Below are positions 54,986 through 64,000 of a DNA stretch of 64,000 bases, one piece after another; positions within the stretch are counted from its first letter, which is position 1; each line of letters begins with the position of its first letter. The notes below the pieces were generated by a model that was not told the DNA's origin, searched no databases, and worked only from the letters and a program-made list of their open reading frames with translations. A program made the translations under genes and the position numbers. The DNA comes from the human T2T-CHM13v2.0 reference genome, Homo sapiens, in NCBI RefSeq assembly GCF_009914755.1, contig NC_060927.1; one strand, written 5' to 3'.

Positions 54986-57200
54986 GGTGACATCTGTTGC
55001 AAAAATGCTGTGAAAAATACATTGTGTTTTTTTCCATGTGCTTTGTATTTAGGTCTTTAATATAAATTTATTTCAGAAATCAATACAGTGCTAGACAAGT
55101 TTTCTCATCTCTTTCTTTCTACCAGACAAAACGCATGACGTAACTTGGTGGGTTTGCCTTCCCTCCATATGAGTCTTTTGCTGTAGGTTTAGGGTTAAAG
55201 CTCCTACTCAATCATAGTGGCTATATTCGTTACCACTTGAAGTACATTTTCCCCTCTCTTTTTCCGTTGTTTTTGATCTTTGGTTTTCACTTAAAACATT
55301 TGTTATAAGATCCCTAACATCTCTTGTGGAAATAGATTAGATGTAAATTATAAATAAATAGGCATTCATAGAGAGATCAAGTGATCTCCATCAGCCTTAT
55401 CAACTGAGATCCATAAGTGATAGAAATTTAGCTTCCAGAAGCATTTCATTTATTCCATGGACAAAGTTGAATTGGGATTGGGAAGAACACAGATCGCCAA
55501 ATGGAATACACCCCGACCCGTCTTCCTGAATGTTGCTGGCATTTTCATGTTATCCCCAAACTCTGACACCATTACCTTCAAAGACCTGCCTTAGACCCCT
55601 GAAATAGGTCCTGCCAAGTGTCCAGCAGCATTCACAAAATTAACCAGAAAAATTCCTAAGCTGACAGTCAGAGATCCAGGGGGCAAAAGGCCATACCACA
55701 CCCTCGCCTCTCACCAGAAACACGTGAAAAGCACAGGTCACATTGGTGTTTTTTTGTTTTGTCCTCATATTGTTGAACTGAATCGATGTGCTCACCTGAA
55801 ATAGCTGGCCCATCAGGAAGGTACTTTGTTGGGTGATTCCATTTGGCCAGAGAAAAGTGATCTTTGTTTTCCAACCCTTTCTCCTGTTCCAAGGACCTGA
55901 AAATAACACCAACACCAACTTCTCTCAAATCTGAGGAGCTATTGTACAAACTTGAATAAGTCAGTTACTCTTTCTTTGCCTTAGGGACTAGGAAAAACAA
56001 AACAAAACAAAACATAGGCAGGACTGTTAGCATAAACCAGACCAGGGACCTGAAAAGATTAATATTTTCCATGGTCAGATGAAAGATGGTACATAAATGC
56101 AAAATGGCTCACTGTACATTATTACATTTCAATTACACGTGAATTAGTTATAGAGTGACATTTTGACTGTTTCCTCTGGGTAATTCTCATAACTCCACCT
56201 GTCTGACATTTCCTTCCTCTCTCAGGTCCATATAGAACAGGTCCCACTTTGTAGGAGAGAGGCCACCCTGCAGAATTTCAAAACACACACCAGGGGAGGC
56301 CATTGCTGAGGCACATGCGGGAAGTTTCAAACACTCACAGATATCAAGAGGTTAATCGCCCCCAGGGCTTGATCATTGAAGAACTACCCATTGAAGAACA
56401 GAGAAAGTTCTTCATAAAAAAAAGAAAAAGAATTCCAAATCCTTTCACCTCCTTATAGCCCTCAGGGACAAAACCTCATTGAATAACCAAGTAGACACGT
56501 CCCTCCTGATTTGAGTGGCCACTCGGAGAAAAAGCACAACAATTAAAAGCTTAGCACCCATTGTCCAGAAGAAATGCAGAGAACAGAAAGTGTACGGGTA
56601 AGGGAGGGAAGGATGCCAAGAACAGAGATTTATAAAAAAGAAAAGGGAGAGAAAGAAAAGAAAAGGCAATGACCTCAAACAAACATAACCTTTACTGCAC
56701 AGAAGCTAGTGACAGGCAGGATGTGGAGGAGGTACCCAGGCCCCATCCCCACCCTTCACTTGGGTCATCGCCAGAAGTGCAGATGGCATGTGTTTGACAC
56801 TGGGCAGGCTCTAGCACCTACCTCACTGTAAGAGAACTAGCTGAAGCACAGTTTTCACCGAATGCAGATGCTTCTGTCTTGGATAGATCCAAGGGCCATT
56901 AATACCTCCCCAAAGTCCCTGAGGATCTTATTATGTGGTGAAAGGAGGAGGGACCTCGCCGCCTAACCTGGAGCTATGGTATTGTAGTGTCTTATAAAAG
57001 AGTGGTGTTAGTGCCCATCCCTGAAGCTCAGTCATCTGCAGCTCTGCCCATGGGAGCCAGTGGTTTTTGTTTTCCCCTAACGTACCCCAAGTGGCAGAGA
57101 AAAATGAAACCAGGCCCCCAGATATGTGCCAGAAAGGGTCCTGCGTATTCTATACACTCACCCCAGCCTCCCTCTCACCTACCTCCAAACTCAAATATTA

Positions 57201-57547
<347 letters not shown>

Positions 57548-57817
57548 GCATGCAGAATTTACATCCTACAACTTCATAATGTATCTTTGTATCTTTGTTT
57601 TACTATCCAAATATTTCAAATTACCTACCACTAAGTAAACATATCCCATGAAGATATACCAAGCTTAGCCTGTGGTTTAATGTACTTCCCTGGGCCACCA
57701 CTTCAAAAGGGGACCATGTACCCCAGTTTGAAGAGCCTGGTCTTAAACAATCACTTCTCTTGAAGAAGCAAAGACCTGGCAATCAGTCTGTAGACACATC
57801 TGAGCAGCTGCCCTATT

Positions 57818-58127
57818 TGTGTGTGTGTATGTGTGTATGTGTGTGTATGCATGTGTGTGTATGTGTGTGTGCATGTGTGTGTGTGCATGTGTGTATGTGT
57901 GTGCTGTGTGTATGTGTGCGTGCGTGTGTGTATGCATGTGTGTATGTGTGTGCATGTGTGTGCGTGTATGCATGCGTGTGCATGCGTGTGCATGTGTGTG
58001 TGCATGTGTGTATATGCATGTGTGTATGTGTATGCATGTGTGTGTATGTGTGTGCATGTGTGTATGTGTGTGTGCATGTGTGTATGTGTGTGTGTGCGTG
58101 TGCATGTGTGTGTGCATGTGTGTGTGT
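57818..58127. repeat. Compound (TG)n/(TATG)/(TGCA) alternating purine-pyrimidine tract, about 310 bp
   Basis: Directly visible; source of the C/V/M and H/T-rich ORFs in the track. Confidence 0.97.
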
Positions 58128-58599
58128 TGTTATTGTTAACAATAAAGGTTTTTGACAGATGAGCAACATTCTTATCACTCAGTGCAAAAGCTGAAGCTTC
58201 TTCAGTGCTCATGTTTAATCCCCCCAATTTTAAAGTGGCCTCCAAAACTTTGCATCATCTGGCTCCTCCCCAACTCTGCAGCCTCATCTCACATTGCTGT
58301 TGTCCCGTTGATAGCTGTGTTCTAGCTCTGCTTCGACCCCCATCCTAAAAGTAGTGTCTGCCTTGCTGCAAATTCTTCTACTTCAGTAAGAAGTAAATGG
58401 TTCCACTCTTGGTCCATGTGAATCTGAGACCCTTCTCTAATAACCTGCCTAGGATCTCTGTCTAGGACTTGCTCTCTCAGGGGGACTTCCTTGCCACCAG
58501 TCCTTCCTCCTGCCACCCTCACTCTACAAGATACTATGGTTGCCCTCTCCAAGACCCATCCCCTCTTTCCCCTCCTTCAGAGCAGCTATGCCAGTCTCA

Positions 58600-59020
58600 T
58601 ACAATTGATCCCATCCTAGCTCCAGGATTTAAATTAATCATTTAGATTAATGCGTAATCCATTTCCTCTTTCTACAGTTCAAAGATAGGCACTTGACTTC
58701 AGATCATGCAGTCAGACAAAAGCCCAGGACTTTTGTTTGATGGTTAGAGGAGGAACAATCAGCTCTCTTTCTTTCTCAGCACATGGAACAGCAAAGCAAG
58801 TATCCTAGAGACTCTTAGCAGACAACGTGTAACCAAAGTAGGAGCCTGTCTTAGGGTAAAGCTGACACACAGAAGGCGGAGCAGAGAGAGCAAAGGAAAC
58901 TGGGTCATTGGTTACATCCCCAAGCTACTGAATTGAAACAATGTTAAGACTTACTCTCTAAAATATTTATTTCCAAGAGTCAGCACCCATCATCCTTATT
59001 TAAGGCAGTTTTATTTGGGA
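58600..59020 (+). mobile_element. Old MLT1 (K/L-like) LTR
   Basis: agcccaggacttttg...gcagagagagcaaaggaaactgggtc...ttatttaaggcagttttatttggg. Confidence 0.55.
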
Positions 59021-59029
59021 TACAATAAT

Positions 59030-59320
59030 AGATACATTTCCTGCCCATATAGAGTTTACAGTTCAGTCAGGGAGAGAGAAAAGTACATAATACCATGAAC
59101 TGGAGGAAATATTGGATACTAAATGGCATAGAGCTGGACCACTTAATCCAAACTCGGAATCTAAATGTGGAAGAACTGACCAAGATGTGATGGGTGGAAA
59201 GCAGGGAATATGATGGGAGGAAGAAAAATAAGAGAAAGGGTATGGAGTTCCACACAGAGAGAACAATATGTGCAAAGCCTGGAAGTAAGAGAGAACATGG
59301 TGCATTCATGTGACTAAAAA
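59030..59320 (-). mobile_element. L2 fragment
   Basis: cctgcccatatagagtttacagttcagt...gaacaatatgtgcaaagcctggaagtaagagagaacatggtgcattc. Confidence 0.7.
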
Positions 59321-59649
59321 TCATCTCATGATTTGGTCCTGTCTTAAAAAGCAGCCTCCAAGAGCTTGGTTATCCTGGATCCTGCCAGTCTCCATCACTT
59401 TTAAATTAATTGCAGCCTGATGGCCAGACCCTGGTGCCATCTTCAGCCAAAGGTGTTCTTGAATGAGCAGTACTAGTAGAGGCAGCAGGTACTGACCTAC
59501 TGGAAGCCACACACAGGTATCTACACCCCACCCCGTACTCTTAGTACTAGCCTAAGACTTCCGGCAATCCACCTGCTCCCAATCCTCCTTACCAGCCAGG
59601 ATTTGCATATGAAGTTATCAGGTCAGAGAATTCCGGTGGTACCCAGTGA

Positions 59650-61120
<1,471 letters not shown>

Positions 61121-61149
61121 TCAAACAAAGGTGTGATCCTATATGAGTT

Positions 61150-61570
61150 AGTATAAGTGCACTGCTGTAGCAAACAGACCCCAAAATTCATGACAATCCT
61201 ATGGACGTTTACTTCTTAGTCTTGTATCATTTTTGAGCTGGTGAATGAGCCAGCCCAGGGGCTCTCCTCCACTCTGCTCTACAGGAATCAAGGCTGGATG
61301 AACACTGTCATTATAACACATGGCTTTCAAGGGTACCCTGTGCATTATCCTTATTTGCCTAAGACAGTAAAGAACACATAGGAGTGAACCTGAGATGTTT
61401 TGATGAACCAGGCCTGGAGGTGGTGCCCATCATTCCTACTCATGTTCCATTGGCTACCACTCAGTCACATGACCATGCCTAGCTGCAAGGGAGTATGGGA
61501 AATATATTTTGTATGGATGACAAGGGAGACGAGAACAAGATGGCCTTGGCTGCTAGCAGTCTCTGCCACA
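61150..61570 (-). mobile_element. Old MLT1 (J/K-like) LTR
   Basis: gctgtagcaaacagaccccaaaatt...ccaggcctggaggtggtgcccatca...catgttccattggc...agtcacatgaccatgcctagctgcaagggag...ctctgccaca. Confidence 0.7.
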
Positions 61571-62449
61571 GTTTGTTTTAAGGACTCATATTGAGTCAGG
61601 TTCAGACCGAGACCTACAATTGCCCCAGGAAGATCCATAATTTGCTCCCTTCCCTTCAGTTCTTCTTGAAATTTTTGTTCAGCATTTATTTTGAGGTGAA
61701 ACAGAGATCTGTGGGGGGGATTGGAAGGAAGAGAGTTGCCCCTTGACCTGTGGAAATACTGTTCAAACCCTTACTCTGATTCTTGAGCCACCTTCAGAGG
61801 TGATAAAGATGTCTAGCCCCTCCCTAAGGCTACCTCAAAGTGTAGCATTTTCCTAATCCTCACGTAAATCAGCACCTACGGGTGCAACACAGCTCAAAGC
61901 CAGAGGGAGAATCCATAGGCCCTTATCAAGAGTTACCTCTGGGACCAGGTATCTCCCATGGGAAGTACTCAGGTCTGTAAGCCCAAGGCCTCACTGTGAG
62001 GACACCTGGCTCTGGGCAGGGCCTTCTGGGACCTCAAGGCTTTGCCTGGCCAGATCTGACTTTAGCTGTCTGGGCCCCTTCCCACACCATGAGGCCAGCT
62101 GTGAGGGACCTGTGTGAGAGGGAACCTTGGTAAAAATGGCCTGAGCAAGAGCAGGGAATGGGGGACCTCATCTCCAGCCCGCATCCTGAGAAGGAGGAAG
62201 CCTCTGTGCTTTGGAAGCATTTATAAGACTTTGTGTAACCAAGGGCCACCCTTGAGGTTTCCTTGCCTTATTGCTCCCACATACCCTACTGAAAAAAAAA
62301 GGGACAAAGACAGGTGATGGCTCACGAAATGGAGCTGCAGAATCTGTCCTCCCCCTCTTGTATCTCTCCTGGCTGCCAACAGAAAGACTCCTGTTCTATA
62401 AGCCAGCAGCTTCATGAGGTCTGAAAATAATCCCTGAAAGAAAAAAAAG

Positions 62450-62680
62450 TAATAATAACAATATTATGTTGAATGCCAGGCACTATGATTAACATGTGAT
62501 ATATGTTGTTGTATTGAATTCTCACCATGACCTGTGAGTTAGGTACTTTAATCTCCACCCAGTTAATGAGGAAACTAAGGCTCAAAGGAGTTAAATAACC
62601 TTGTCCATGTTCACACTGCCAGAAAGAGGTTGAGTCAGTACCTCCTGTCTGACTGCAAAGCCTGTATTCTTAACCTCTGA
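62450..62680 (-). mobile_element. MIR
   Basis: tgccaggcactatg...atgaggaaactaaggctcaaaggagttaaataaccttgtcc. Confidence 0.75.
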
Positions 62681-63289
62681 GCTCTGTGACCCTGATAACA
62701 TTGGTCACTTGCTGGGTGGGGCAGAGGAAGCCCTAGCTGCCCACACCTTCTTGTACCTGCAGCCCTTCCCCTCCACAGCTGGGACCTGTCTCAGGCTGAC
62801 AACCTGCCAGAGTGACCCATCACCTCTACATATTCACCACACTCTTTCTGAACCTTTTCTGTCCAGTCAACTTCCAAGCCTCTCTTGGGCATGAGTTTCA
62901 TCCCAGTGCACCTGATAAGTCCCAGGTGCTCTGCCTGAGCCTGCCCACCAGCTGCCTGAGCTCCACCATTGAAAAGAGGTGTCTCCAGGATGTTAAAGGG
63001 AGCCTCGGGTGGCAGAGCTCTCTCCTTCTTGTGCACTTCACTTCAGGTGACTCTTGAAGAGACTTGGAATTGTACCACATCTCAGGACTGGTGGCTTCTG
63101 CTCACCTCCCCACTGGAGATCAAAAGGTAATATGCTCCATCAACCACAGAGGTTCATTACTAGCCCAGTATCAAGCCAAGGGTCTGGCCAATGCTTTCAC
63201 CTGGCAGACTGCCATCAGAGGCTGCTTGGGCAACACAGACATGCAGCCTTGATCTTCACCTGTGCAAACAGCCTACGTGGCACAGCTGA

Positions 63290-63724
<435 letters not shown>

Positions 63725-64000
63725 TAGGGGTGTGCCACTGTAAAATTCTCTGGAGGAAATAAAGAAAGTAATAACATGTTAAACTATGGATTCTTCGGTA
63801 AGTTTCTATGGGCAGCCTTACTTGATGCCATTGGCAATTGTTTCTTGGTTCATTCTCTCCTGGGGCAATCACCAGGTCTGGCCTCATAACAATCCTTTTC
63901 CTACTTTTTTTTTTTTTTTCCTGAAAACCAATCCTATGAATTGGTGTGGGAAGGAACCAGTGAAAATCTCCTTGTGAAGGCTCATCATTTAGGATGTTTC

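Noticed and set aside
57743-58245. Six overlapping His/Thr- or Cys/Val-rich ORFs
   Set aside because: Translations of the TG/CA tract, not metal-binding proteins.

Overview
Primate (human-like) euchromatic, essentially non-coding DNA. About 22 Alu/FAM pieces, old L1/HAL1, L2, MIR, MaLR/ERVL/ERV1 LTRs and hAT/Tc-mariner fossils make up much of it. No intact protein-coding gene is visible; the ORF-track entries I examined are Alu, microsatellite or apparent chance frames. The one gene-derived object is a minus-strand, intronless retrocopy of DPPA2 (~25750-27120). Its N-terminal half carries five disabling lesions, but a 159-codon frame keeps the whole C-terminal region, and the copy appears to include an antisense-Alu 5' leader. 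A CpG island ~9 kb upstream (35690-36560) has outward-facing splice donors on both strands and a HOX/CDX-GATA-RBPJ motif cluster. From memory only (unverified), the layout fits DPPA2P3/LINC02026 on human 3q29 between OPA1 and HES1. I found no prokaryote-type system (CRISPR, operon). The best candidates for something new are the island/lncRNA/retrocopy unit and several motif-dense non-repeat elements. Repeat subfamily names and boundaries come from recalled consensus sequences and are approximate.
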